This document shows positions 13,281 through 26,559 of a stretch of 64,000 nt of DNA, piece after piece. The stretch is from the human T2T-CHM13v2.0 reference genome, Homo sapiens. The stretch lies in assembly GCF_009914755.1 (NCBI RefSeq), contig NC_060925.1; one strand, 5' to 3'. The notes below the pieces were generated by a model. That model searched no databases. It was not told where the DNA came from and saw nothing but the letters and a program-made list of their open reading frames with translations. The first letter of the stretch is position 1. Every line of letters begins with the position of its first letter. The position numbers and the translations under genes were made by a program.

Positions 13281-15129
13281 AATTTGGAAAGTGAGATGTG
13301 TGCCAGCTGACTTAAGACATTCAAACTATGTTTCTAAAGCTGTGAAATGATGGAATAAACATCAACAAGTGGAAGAAGAAAGGAAACTTATGGTTCACCT
13401 TTTCTGCCACCATTTAAACTGGATTTAAGAGAGCACTTCTTCCTTCTTAATAATCTGTCCCAATCCTGCAAATAAGATTTTTTCCTTAATGTATTCTAGT
13501 TGAGATCAGTGTGCACTTTACAAATGTTTGTGGATTGGGAAGAGATAAATAGGTCTAGCCAAAACCAAGCAATTATTTAATCTGACTTTCAGTTTGTGAC
13601 ACAAAATGAGGCAACTTTCCTGCTACTGTTCTGCTTCTGTGAAGCAGAGAACATTTTATCCCCAATAATAGAAACAAAGATATCCCTCTCCTGAGAGCCT
13701 CAGAGGTCTTATACTCCTTTCTAAGGTCCACCTTCTGAGACAGAGTTTCCTATATGAGAACCCACTTAATGAATACAGGGTAGATTGTTATCTCAGGATA
13801 ACCCCAGGAATAAGCCTACTCAAAATAGCACTGTATTAACCAATAGTCATTTTGTTGATTTATCCTCAAAAAAATCCCTTATAATAATAACAGGTTCTCT
13901 GTGAAACTCAAGATAATGTTAAATACTTTCACAAATGACTTTTAAAAATCAATATATTCCATAATTGTTATAAATATGATGGAAAACTTATGTTATAATA
14001 GAGATACATGTATTTCACCAAATAGATTTTCGGAAGAGAATGGATTAACTAGAAGACATAATGAAGTAGCCAGTTGCTCACACCTATAGATAAGATCACC
14101 ATGATTGTGATAACTACCAATTCAGACTTGTTCAGATGTGTAATGTGTATGACACATATATTGTCCCATAAGCAATCTTGCTGTTGATAACACAATTTTA
14201 TGAATGGTGAACAGCTCTTGGAAGCTCTAAGTAAAACCAAATATAATCTTCCTAAATTTGTATAATTATTATATTCTTTGGGAATTTAGTGTATACTAAA
14301 ATCATAGACAATTATTTGTGTTTATATGTTAAAAAAAATGGTCTAGGGTCATAATTTGAAGATAGTTTTCACATACACAAATGTCCAAAAGGGTAGTCAA
14401 GCTTAGTTTTGGGCAATTCAATCATATGAAGCATTATTCTGTCCCTTACAATACCTCAGGTACCCTTCCACTAACTGCCTGTATTATTTCTAAGTCATTG
14501 CAACAACAAAAAACACCTCCTAACTTCCCAAAATGCTTTTTAGGGAGTTGAATAATAACATGAGGAATTTATGCCTTGGACCTTCAATTTTTCAAAAAAC
14601 ACAAGACTCTTGTTGCTAGAAATTTGCCTTTACTCCATAAATTCTACATAACAACTGTGTCATAATACAGCAAAATAAACTTAATATTTATCTAAGAGAT
14701 AAACAAATACAGTAAATGGTGGGAAGATTTTCTTATTGAGTACATGGATGATAGTAGCAAAAAGACATTCAACAGTATGGTAAGAAAAAATGGTGTTAGT
14801 AGGCTTAGTAATTTTTTTAAAGACCAAGTAATTACAGCCAGCAAAGGTGTATACAACTCATGTATACTGCTTGGTTGCTAAGGAAGGTGAAAGTGTGTAA
14901 CAGGCATTGTATAACAGAATTTTTCAGATCTATTGGGCAAAGGCAATGTTAATACAATTAGGAAATTTAAAATAATGAGAAAAATATTATTGGAAAAAAT
15001 GTACTTAACCTAAATGTAAAATCCATTAATTTTTTTAATAAAAGGGTAAATCACTAACTCAGTTTTTCTGCTTATACCCAACTATGACTTTAATTCTATT
15101 CTTCTGTGCTTCTTACTGGCTAGCATTTC

Positions 15130-15600
15130 CATACCCCCTACCTTTTATTTGTCTTTCTAGTTCTAAAAAAATGGCATCATGAATGTATTATTTATTTAAG
15201 TGTTAGCAAAGGAACTCAGTTACAATTTGTTCAAATTCGTTTAAAATTTAACTTCTCACTTTCAGGGTCATTAACAAACTTGTCTCATTTAGTATCATCT
15301 GCAAAACTGATGAGCAAATTTCCAATTGCTTTGTTCAGGTTATTAATAAGTATACAACTCTAAGAATAGATTAATCCTCAGAGTTTATTATTCTGGAACT
15401 GGTCTCTCTAAGGACAAATCATTGATATCTCTTCTGAGTTCACCCTCAGTTCAGCTGTTCACCAAAAAGTAACATTTTCTAGATAAATAATGTCAATGTT
15501 ATATTGACTAAACAGTAAGTTGTCCATTTACATTATTGGGTCTACTTTAATGGAGAGTTGCACTTAAAGCTAATAGAAAAAAGGTCTCATGTATTTGTTA
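15130..15600 (-). mobile_element. L3/CR1 LINE reverse transcriptase remnant
   Basis: Minus strand 15305-15288 encodes FADDTK, and 15350-15336 encodes LINNL (CR1 FINDL-like). Confidence 0.7.
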
Positions 15601-18221
15601 CTTATATAATGTTAGAGATAGAGGTCACTAATTTTTTTTGGATTATCTTGTTTATACTCTACAACTTTGTGTTGAGTGTCCCTATTTTCCCCATAAGTAA
15701 GATTTGAAACCAGAAACACAGACAGTTTGAATTCTGAATCAAAATTACTTTATAAACAAACAAAACCCAAAATATGCTTCTTCAGATACCACTAAAAATT
15801 TTTTAAGCTTTTCAACATTTTTCTTAATGTTTCAAAGATAACGTAGAAAATAAAAAAGAGTTACAGCAAAAAGGAAAGAAGGTATAATTACTAAGGACCT
15901 AATATATTCCGGGTATTTTAAACAGCTATTCAGTTTTCATTTCTTCATTCTTTCTGGGAAACATGTATTCAATGATTGTTTTGCGTCCAGTCTATTCTTA
16001 GCCCCAATTATTTAGTAGTAAACAATGGTTTTTTTCATGATGTTTAGTATCTAATGAAAGGTTGACAAATAAGTCATTATGATTTACTGTTAAAAAGTTA
16101 TGACAAGATAATTTCAACATCATATAGAATCACAGAATAAAGAACCTAACCCAAGCAATGGGGGCAGGAGAGATGTCCTGCAGGCAAGGATGTTTAGACA
16201 CTAACTTGATGGATAGACTGGAGTCAATCAAGTTGTGAAGAATCCTGTTGCTTGGCTAGCTAAATAAGTTTTCTTTTTGACACCTAGTATGCACTTCCAT
16301 AGGAAGGTAAGCTATTTTCCAGTCCCACTTACAGTTAGGGGTCCCTGTGAGATTCAGAAGTATTAGATGAAGCAGGCTTTAGTGGGTTGGGACAGAGGGC
16401 GTCAAGGGTGATGTTATTTTTAGAAAACCTTTTCTCTCCAGTTAAAAGATAAGACTCATGAGAAGAATCTTGTCTATACCTTCTTTCAGTGAATAATACA
16501 TTTATTTTTTCCTCTTTTTTTGGGAAAGCCTTTGAAAAATGTTTTAATCCACAATTTTTTTCACTGAACATAAAAATGAGATTCTAAAGGGATATAGAAA
16601 AATAAAATTTGCCCATGAAGGAAACTGGAAATTAAGTCATCAGAATAACTTCCCTAATCACATTTTTCCTTTCAATTAATTGTATGTTACACAATTTGTA
16701 GGAGAATGATGGAGCTATGTTCTAGCTATGGAGAGGCTGCAAATGCCCAGTTTCTGTGACTCTCTCAGTAAAATAAAGAACAGTGGGAGGGTTGGTGTCT
16801 ATGTGTTGTAAATTCCTTCTATGAAAACAGTAATTTTTAGGGATAGAAGATGATAAATTTAAATGAACCCTTAGTACAAAATAAAGTCACTCCCAAGTGA
16901 TATGACACAATAATAAAAAGAAAAAAGCAGCAAAATTAAACTCATTAGATAAAATAGGAAAAGCTAGAAGTATCATATTCTTCCAAGGACATGGAATAAA
17001 GAGTATATAAGAAGACATTTGTTATTTGCAAATTGTGTAAAATATGTTTACTGGTTTACATCCAAATATTATATTCACATTCTTGTATTTGAACATGTGA
17101 ATTATTCAAAGAATTTAATGATGCTACTTTCAGTAAGATATAGATGTTCACATAAACATTTAATCTCTGTAAAGGCATTTTTGCAATAGTTTCTTGTATC
17201 TGATTTAAGATTATAGAGTAAGTTGCAGTATATGATCGCTTTTTACTTTATTATCTGTTTTGTGAGTTCTGAAAATTTGCTTACCACACAAAAGAATCTC
17301 TGAATTGAATGCAATATAGTGCAATTTTTAAAGCTTCCACAACTTCCTACATCCAGTATTGCAGAAAACATTGTAAAATACTTGAAATCATTAATATAGT
17401 TCTAGAATGTAACCAGTGAATGTATTTTGAACATGAGACATGATGTTGGATCTAGACATAAGGGTGAATGACATGTAATTGTTCTGTTTATTTTTTGGTT
17501 TTCGAAACTGTTTTGTACACATACACACACACTTTAGACATAGCATATTTTGACATACATCTTGTAGAAAAATTATTAATTTTTTGATCTGCTTTATCAT
17601 TTAGTGAGCCATCACTATCCATGGCTCAATTATTAATTTGGTCACAAGAGTTCAACACTGAACTAAATGGAATGTATTGAGTTACACTTCCAATTAACTT
17701 ACTTTAAAAGTGATCCCATCTGGAAAGTTATTAAATTGAACTTTAGTGCTCAGACATGTTTATTTACAATAAAATTTTAACAATTTATATCAATGCTACG
17801 GAACTTCAAATACCCTTTTAAGAAAATAGCTACAATATGTCATATTATCACTAAATATGTAATACACTTTTTAAATATAGCTCATCAATGTAATCTTTAC
17901 ATTTAACATCAATGTAAATATTTTGTTAGTCTCCAACCCAAACTATGCCCATTGTCTGATAAGAATTTCTTGTCTCTCTAGCAAATTTTTCTTGCCTATT
18001 ATGTTTTAGAATATTTCTAAAAAGAAAAAAATGCAAGAATCACAGTAATCTTCAGCAAGAATAATTTATAGAAAAAATTAAAGTTTTGTTTTAAAATACC
18101 TAAAAATGTTATGTAATAATACATGTGCTTCTAATTATTCATTGTCATGTAAGGAAGTACTCAGTAGGAGAAGATTCAAATTTTTATATTGGTAAAAATT
18201 AAGATTGGAACAATTTAAGAA

Positions 18222-19015
18222 TATTTATACATGGCCAACAAATATATGAAAAAACGCTCAACATCACCAATCATCAGAGAAATACAAATCAGAAACACAA
18301 TGAGATATCATCTCACACCAGTCAGAATGGCTACTATTAAAAAGTCAGAAAATATCAGAGGCTGGCAAGGTTGCAGAGAAAAGGGAATGCTTTTATGCTG
18401 CTGCTGAGACTGTAAATTAGTTCATTCATTGTGGAAAGCAGTTTCCCAAAGAGTCTAAAACAGAACTACTACTTAACCTAGCAATTTCATTACTGAGCAT
18501 ATAACCAAAGGAACATAAATCATTCTACCAAAAAGATGCATGCTAATATGTTCATCACAGCACTATTCACAACAGCAAAGACGTGGAATCAACATAGATG
18601 CCCATCAAGAGTAGACTGGATAAAGAATATGTGGTAAATATACACCAAGAAATACTATGCAGCCATACAAAAGAACAAAATCATGTTTTTGCAACAACAT
18701 GGATGTAAGTGAAAGCCATTATCCTAAATAAATTAACACAGAAACAGAAAACCAAATACCATATGTTCTTAATTATAAGGGGGAGCTATAAATTAAGTAT
18801 GCATGAATGCAAAGAGGGGAACAATAGACACCAGGACCTACTTGAGGGTGGGAGGGTGGGAGGAGGGTGAAGATCAAAAAACTACCTATTGAGTACTATG
18901 TTCACTACCTGCGTAATGAAGTCATTTGTACACCAAACCCAAGGGCTATGCAATTTACCCATGTAAAAAATCTGCACATGTACTCACTGAACTTAAAGAA
19001 GAAGTTGAAAAAAGT
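18222..19015 (+). mobile_element. 5'-truncated L1PA15/16-like 3' fragment
   Basis: ORF2 C-terminus (CATCTCACACCAGTCAGAATGGC) and 3'UTR GGGAGGAGGGTGAAGATCAAAAAACTACCTATTGAGTACTATG...CTGCACATGTAC. Confidence 0.9.
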
Positions 19016-19284
19016 ATATCAAGCAACACACTCAGACATGTGAATTATGTTTTTGTCTGATTATTTACTACCATAATCCTTATCATATGGGTCAGAAAGG
19101 AAAATATAAAATGCAAGGAAATAAAGTAAGAGCTGTTTTAGCTTTTTTATTTAGTGCATTTTTTCAAATAGTCAAACTTTTTGCGAGAAAAGTTAACTGT
19201 GATTCCAATAGGTGGTTCAAATTAAAGAGTTTAACTAACTGTCTAATATAGTTTGGATGTTTGTCCCATTTCGTTCTATTTCAC

Positions 19285-20048
19285 TGATATGGTTTAGCTA
19301 TATGTCCCCAACCAAATCTCATGTTGAATTGTAATTCCTAATGTTGAGGGAGGGACCAAGTGGGAGGTGATTGGATCACAGGGGTGAATTTCCCTCTTGC
19401 TGTTCCTGTGATAGTGAGTTCTCATAAGACCTGATGGTTTAAAAGTGTGTGGCACTTCCCCGCTTGCTCTCTTTCTCTCCCCCGTTCTACTGTGTAAAGC
19501 TTGTGCCTGCTTCTCCTTCCACCATGATTGTAAGTTTCCTGAGGTCTCCCAGCCATGTTTCCTGTATGGCCTGCAGAACTGTGAGTCTATTAAACCTCTT
19601 TTATTTATAAATTACCCAGTCTCAGGTAGTTCTTTAAAGCAGTGTGAAAATTGACTGATACAGAATATTGGTACCAGAGAAGTGTGGCATTTCTATAAAG
19701 ATACCTGAAAATGGAGATAAAGACCACCTGGCTAACACAGTAAAACCCCATCTGTACTAAAAATACAAAAAAAAAAAAAAAAAAAAAAGTAGCCAGGCAT
19801 GGTGGCAGATGCCTGTAGTCCCAGCTGCTCGGGAGGCTGAGGCAGGAGAATGGCGTGAACCCAGAAGGTGGAGCTTGCAGTGAGCTCCCACTGCACTCCA
19901 GCCTGGGTGACAGAGGGAGAGAGGGAGACTCAGAGACAGTCTCAAAAAAAAAAAAAATCCCTGAAAATGTGGAAGTTTGGAACTGGGTAACAGGCAGAGG
20001 TTGGAACAGTTAGGAGGGCTCAGAAGAAGGCATGAAATGTGAGAGAAG
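19285..20048 (+). mobile_element. MSTA/THE1D LTR (19285-19661) plus truncated internal region, interrupted by an Alu
   Basis: TGATATGGTTTAGC...GACTGATACA followed by MaLR internal sequence ATTGGTACCAGAGAAGTG...GGAACTGGGTAACAGGCAGAGGTTGGAACAG. Confidence 0.88.
19713..19956 (+). mobile_element. 5'-truncated AluY-like element
   Basis: GGAGAATGGCGTGAACCC and GAGCTTGCAG diagnostics; TSD ATACCTGAAAATG/ATCCCTGAAAATG. Confidence 0.9.
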
Positions 20049-20209
20049 ATGTTGCAGTTCTGCTGTATCACAGATCTAATTCCAAAGGTTGAGTATTTCC
20101 TTTAATTTACTGAGACAGAGGAGTACCTGGCTATGAGATGAAGACTGGAAATGAGACCCCAGATATTTGACATTTGGAATCTATGAGTTATTTCTACCTC
20201 AGGAATATG

Positions 20210-20211
<2 letters not shown>

Positions 20212-20254
<43 letters not shown>

Positions 20255-20275
20255 ATCTATCTATATCTATCTATC
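20212..20275. repeat. (TATC)n STR followed by poly(A)
   Basis: Direct reading. Confidence 0.95.
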
Positions 20276-23200
20276 ATATCCAAAAAAAAAAAAAAAACAA
20301 ATTTGGAGGAAGAAAACCAATGCAGAACATGTGATGTTTTAAGGGTACAGGTTTTTGTGACTATAAATATTTAAAGGAGTTATATGAGCTCATGAATTTA
20401 TTCCAGGTAGTTATGGCTGTTACTCAGCTAATAGACAGATTGCAGCCAGTTAGGAACATAACAGTCAGTGTCAGCTTTGATTGGTTGTTAAATATTTGTA
20501 ATATCACCCTTGTCCATAATTTACTAATTTCCCTGAAGGCAACATCTAAATAAAATATAATACAATCAACATAGTATTCTTTCTTCCTCACAAATGTTTT
20601 CACATATAGACCCCGAGTACATTATTTAGTGAAAGAGATATGCCTAAAACCTTTCCTGCCATTCTCATATAATAGAGATAAATATGTTCAGGTTGGTAAC
20701 CTAAAAAGAAAACACTGGAATGTTTGCTAGGATAACTCTAATGTGTAAGGTTATGCTAAAAAATAATTGGCTCCAACCAGGTGGTATCAAACTTGGAGAA
20801 CACATAATAGTAAACAAATAGGCAAGTTTGAGAGTCCAGAATTTGCAGAAAAACTCTAATAATTTTGAAAGTTAAAAAAACTCCTCTAATAATATGCTTA
20901 CAATTTTTAAATTTTGAATTTAAAAATTTCTGCTAAATATTAAAGATAAGCATGTTTGCAGGAGTTTATTGAAATATCCCATTATGTAGTATTTATTTGT
21001 ATGTATCTATAAAATATTAAAATGTATGATTGTTTTCCCAGTGGCCTGGTCTGTAACATGTCTAGGGAAACTAAAATATTTGTGCTGCAATTTTCTTCAG
21101 CAAAAGCCATCTGGTAAACAAAGGGCAGGCAAAGTTTTCTGTTCCTTATCTCTTCAAGCATATGTCTCTAAGACTTTTGTAGGTACAGGTTCTATGCAAT
21201 CACTGAAAATTCTCTAAATAGACATGTAGAATATTAGTCCTAAAATATATCAATTTTAGAAATACTCTTTGGACTATGAACTGACCAGTTACACATTCTA
21301 ACTCTCATATTTAATATAGCATTATGTACATTAATTTTTGGAACTCAGTTTCTCCGGACTCTAATAAAACCATACTTGAACATAGTAACTTACTTGCTAT
21401 TTGCTTATAGTCAGCAAATCTGCATTTTTCATTAAAACGCATTCCATTTCATTGACAATGCTGACTTACAATACATATTAAATAAGTATCCACACAGAAC
21501 CTGAATTCTGAGGTAATAAAACTCGGAACAATTTACCTTGCCTAACAGTAACCTCAGGTTCTAATAGTTTAATTACCAATAGTAGGTATATTATTTCTGG
21601 CTATTCCATATATGAAGATGTATCTTTCACTAATCAACACATTTTTATAGAGTATTTAATATTAGTTACATACTCCCTTTTTATTAAAAATGGGATTTTA
21701 CATTTTTTAAAATATAATTCCTATCGCTTACATCTCTGACTTCTTGAGGCCATGGTTAATTATTATAGTATAAATGGGATAAAACTAGCTTAAAGATTAT
21801 ATGGTGATGTTTTTTACAGGAAACTTTGGCTTTTCTCTGCAAATCTATTTAGGAAAAAGTAATGAGCTTGAAGAAAGAAGAACTACCTCAGAAAGAATTA
21901 GGACCATGTAAGGAACTGATTTCTTGCAAAAAAAAAGAGTTGCATGAAAGAGATTCATGATAAGATTTAAGATGACAAATGTTTACAAATAACATTCTAA
22001 ATGGCTGAAGTCAACTATGTTATAAACCATCTGGCAGATTTAAGTCTTTGCTGAAATTCATATGAATTATTGTCATTTAATAAACTATTAAATGGACCTA
22101 TGGAAAAAACTGGCAAAACAACAAATTTTCAGTAAAAGAATCAATCTGCCTGAAGACCAAACCTAGAGAATATTTCCTCACTCAAATATGAATAATGTAC
22201 AAGATCAAATGAAATATTATTTGAATTTCAGAAAATAAGCCGTATTTATAATGTGTAAATAAAAGACATACATGTCAGTGTCAAAGATAACATTTAGCAG
22301 TGTGACAGAGTGTAATCCAAGTCTATAGTCATCAATCATCAAGATAAATAAAGTCCCCTGGAAAAGAGGAAGATTTTACCTGCATAAGATTTTGGAAATA
22401 GCAGTAAGATCATCTGAAGCATGGATTTTAAATGTACACAAGATTAACTTGTTAAATAATATTAAATCCATAATTTCATTCAATGATATGATAATATTCA
22501 ATGAACATTTTAGTCAGTTGTTAATATTGGAATATAATAGAATTCACAGTTGATAAAAAAAATCCAAAACTGTTGTTTTCAGGGGTTTTCAATTATTATA
22601 TTTTCTGCATTATTTTCAAATAATCAAGCAGAAGATGTCAATTATGTTATTGAAGCTGTGTGATTTTTGAGTCATTGATGCAATGTTCTTTAATGAGGTG
22701 AAATGCTTGTCTCAATTATTTCATAGTGTTTTGTAGCACTATGAACCTTGATTTTTTTTTTTAACATGAAGCTAGGTAGAGGGAGCCAAAGAAATTAATA
22801 AACAGTAATTATTTACATGCAGGAAAAATTGCATTGGCTGAGAGTATAACATGCTATTTTTGTTCTATGAATGCTTCCTGCTGAAGCTGTGAATTTAAAG
22901 CCAAAATCTACATATTACTTCATCTAAATAATTCTTCTGAATGTTCATAACTAACTAAATACATGGAAAAACTAACTTAGTAATTAGGATAGGAGCATGC
23001 AATGGAAAGGGAGAGTAAAAAACGTAGGTAGGTTTTAATGTCTGCTTGTAACTGATTAGCCGACTTATTAAGAGTTATATTTATGGGAAAAAGTATCATA
23101 TTCTATTATGAAACACACAACCTAGTTAATAGAACCACCTGTCTAAACATAAACTACATATATTTTTGCTTATTTGGAATAGGGTGAAAGAGAGCGAGGA

Positions 23201-23306
23201 AAAAATTGATTCATCAGGTACAGATTTATCACAGCTACTGGCACATTTGAAGTTAATTCAGCACTTATTGCTTATACACAAATGTCAGGGCATTATTTCC
23301 ATGCCC

Positions 23307-23481
23307 TACAACTGAATTTAGCAAACTATGGTCCATTGTCTGTTTTTGTAAGTAATGTTTTATTGAAACACAATCAAGCCACAATGGTAGAGTTTAGTAG
23401 TTGTGAGAAACTACAAGGCCCTCAGAACCCAAATATTTATAATCTGGTTCTTCACAGAAAAAGTTTGCTAACGTCTCTGCT
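23307..23481. mobile_element. MER58A-like hAT-Charlie MITE (internally deleted)
   Basis: TTAGCAAACT...AGTTTGCTAA inverted termini; TGTTTTTGTAAGTAATGTTTTATTGAAACACA core. Confidence 0.8.
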
Positions 23482-23569
23482 CTTACATAGTATCAGCTCT
23501 TTTATATTTCACAATACATCTATTTTTACTATGGCTTGGCTTTTTTTTTTATTAGCTAAAGTGGAAAGC

Positions 23570-24110
23570 CATCCTTTAATGCAACAAGCATATATTATTG
23601 TTGCCATTATGCCACGTGCTCCCTCTTCTGAGCACCAGGAACACAGCGAAGAGCAAGGCAAGCAAGGTTCTGATCCCATGGACTCTACCTTCTAATCTGG
23701 GGAAGCAAATAATAATAAACAAGTAGACATAATTGAAACAAGATAATTTCAGGCAGTGATTTGTAGAATGACGACATTTTCAAAAGGACCAAAAGATGAA
23801 AACTTTGTGGGTAAGAATGGAGGGGTTGTTAGATTAAATCATCAAGAAAATATTTGCAGAAGAGATAGCTGAGTCATTAACTGCATGAAGAGTGTTATCC
23901 ATGCACACACTGGGGAAGTTTCCTAAGTGGCGGGAACAGCAATATGACAGACCTGAATTTAGGGACAAGCTGGTGAGAAATGCAGTCTGACTGAAGTATA
24001 ATGAGTGAGAAGCTCATGGTGGTATTTGAGGAGATATAGGCAAGACATAGCAGGCATTTCCTTACTAGACTGTTTGAAATATTAAATGAAATAAATGGTA
24101 ACATACAATA
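23570..24110 (-). mobile_element. L2 3' fragment
   Basis: Antisense L2 terminus-like CAAGGTTCTGATCCCATGGACTCTACCTTCTAATCTGGGGAAGCAAATAATAATAAACAAG. Confidence 0.65.
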
Positions 24111-24124
24111 CCGGGTAGCGTGGC

Positions 24125-25296
24125 ATTAGCAAGAGAAAAATATTAACTGTCCAGACATCTAATTTTTTTAAGCTTCAGGAAATGATAATATAATTATATT
24201 ATCTCTTTCTTTTGATTCCTTTCAACTTTTGGCTCCTTTAAGGTAAGAGGTGCTAGTCCTGCAGAGAAAGATGAAGGGAGGGTAAGAAAAGGCATGGATG
24301 AGTTCTCCAAAGGAGATCGTATTTAAAATTCTTTCTATCCCTATTCCCTTCTTTAAAATTCCCCAGAGTGTCCAAAGGCCAACATTGACATTCAGCCCAC
24401 ACAATGCACAAGCCTGTACTTAATAAGTAGGCCTTGATCTTTTACAGTGTTTCTGCCAGCGTGGTGAAGATCTTTAGTTTGTGCTCTGCATGTTCCCCTT
24501 TAATGTGCTCTCTGGTGACTCAGATTTATATTTACGAAGGCACACTATTTTCTCCAAATGAACTATCAGATACCCCAAACTTAATACATTCAGAAGTGAT
24601 AGTTCTCTACCCAAGGACATTGTATTCCTTCTAGGTTCTCTGTTTACTTTGGGTAGCAGCTTTATTAAGATGTTTTCTTTGTAAAAAGCAGACTCAGCAC
24701 TTGCAGAAAACTGGTGGCTGAGAATTAAATAGTTCATATTTACCCAACAATTTAAACCTAATAAACTGGCTTTTTTTTCTATACATTCTGTCTACATTGT
24801 GGCAGAATTTAATAGCTAACCAGCCTTTTAAATTAGGGAGACCTGAATGTTAGATTTTTAAATTAACTTTCTTTATGCACTTAAGCTAGAAAAACGATTT
24901 TCTGGTACTGATTTTGTTTGTATAAAGAACATAAATAACAGTAGTTAACTTGCACTGTACTATTTGGGATTAGAATAAATGATTATAGAAAGCTTGATGA
25001 GGTATCTATTACTTATTGGATTAAGAAGGAGAAAATAACAGCCACTACCATTTACTAAACACCAGCAATTTGACAAGCACTTCACTAAACACTTATATAT
25101 ACATATTATAATATATATACATATTATATATAATATTTATACCCTCACTTCTTTCTCTGCAAGGCAGCACCTATTACCTTAAAGGTGCCAAAAGTTGAAA
25201 GGAGTCAAAAGAAAGAGATAATATAATTCTATTATCATTTCTTGAAGCTTAAAAAAAATTAGATGTCAGGACAGTTAATATTTTTCTCTTGCTAAT
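24125..25296. repeat. Inverted duplication: arms 24125-24283 and 25141-25296
   Basis: The reverse complement of 25166-25296 matches 24125-24254 with about 6 substitutions and 1 indel (hand count). Confidence 0.95.
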
Positions 25297-25760
25297 TATG
25301 TAATATATAATATAATATAAATATTATATATATTATATAATATAAATGTATTATATTATGTAATATATAGTATATAATATAAATATATAATACATTTTAT
25401 GTAATATATAATGTATATTATAATATGTAATATATAATGTATATTATAATATATAATATATACATATAAATAATGTTATATATAATGTATATGTATATAT
25501 AATATATGTTTATATATTATATATGTCCACAATATATAATTGTATATTATATGTAATGTTACATAATTATTATGCAATAATTATAACATATTATAATAAT
25601 ACTCATATAATTATATGCTTGATATATGCATAACTACATATATTATATATAATTATATATAGTATACATTAAATATTAAAGCAACAATATATATTATCAT
25701 TGGCCCAAATTACTAATGAGAAGCTTAAGTTTTAGAGAAATTTAGAAGAAGTTGACAATT
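25040..25760 (-). mobile_element. MIR split by an AT-rich expansion
   Basis: CCATTTACTAAACAC...GCACTTCACTAAACACTT on the left and ATTATCATTGGCCCAAATTACTAATGAGAAGCTTAAGTTTTAGAGA on the right resemble consecutive MIR core segments. Confidence 0.55.
25297..25680. repeat. (TA)n/TATAA-rich low-complexity tract
   Basis: Direct reading; almost entirely A/T. Confidence 0.95.
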
Positions 25761-26559
25761 CTCTACTATATTCTGTATCCATGATTTATATACAGTTTGT
25801 AGTAATAAGCTCCGTTATCTCTGTTTCTATGATTTGTATTACTCCTTTGCCTCATGCCTTTGATCTTGCACATATATCTGTCTTCCGGTCAAGACATTGG
25901 CTCCTCCCCACTGTAATTTGACCCCTCTTGTTCATGAACACAACTACATACCTCGTTCCCACCCGGATAGCTCCTGTCTTGTATGATGAACCTGAATATT
26001 CTCTCTCTGCTAATGACAATACCATGGATCCCACATTGTCTTCAGTTATGAGACATCTGATGTATCATTCTCTTATGTACCACAGAAGCTGGGCATTGCC
26101 AATATTTTCCCAGCTGGACTGAACGTTCCTTTTCAGCACCATCATACTTCATATAACTGCTTTTCTTGTCTAACAGATCACACCATTTCTCAAATACATA
26201 ATTAATAGTCATGTCACCATGCTTTTTTCATCTTTCTCCTGGAAATATCTTAATTTTTCCCTAACTCATGAAGATCTACATTCCTCAAGACACAGAAAAA
26301 AAAATGATTTTATTTCCCCCACTCCACTTCCCAGATCAAGATTATGGTCCCATATTCAGGTTTCTCTCAACATTTCATATGCAATTCTATTACAGAACTT
26401 TACTGTTAAGTATTTGTCCCATTTTATGCCTTGCAAATTACTTGAACACATGGATTTAATCTTTATAACTTTTATATATTCAGTGTAAATCAGTGTGCTT
26501 GGTATTCATAAAAACTTGTGGTATAAATACATGATGTCATGTAAGTACATGCTTTGTTC

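Noticed and set aside
16288-16313. Microexon TAG|TATGCACTTCCATAGGAAG|GTAAGC (similar case at 42935-42948)
   Set aside because: Lengths of 19 and 8 nt are not frame-preserving, and such motifs are expected by chance without transcript evidence.
23282-23695. 137-aa ORF
   Set aside because: Runs across MER58 and L2 fragments; no protein similarity recognised.
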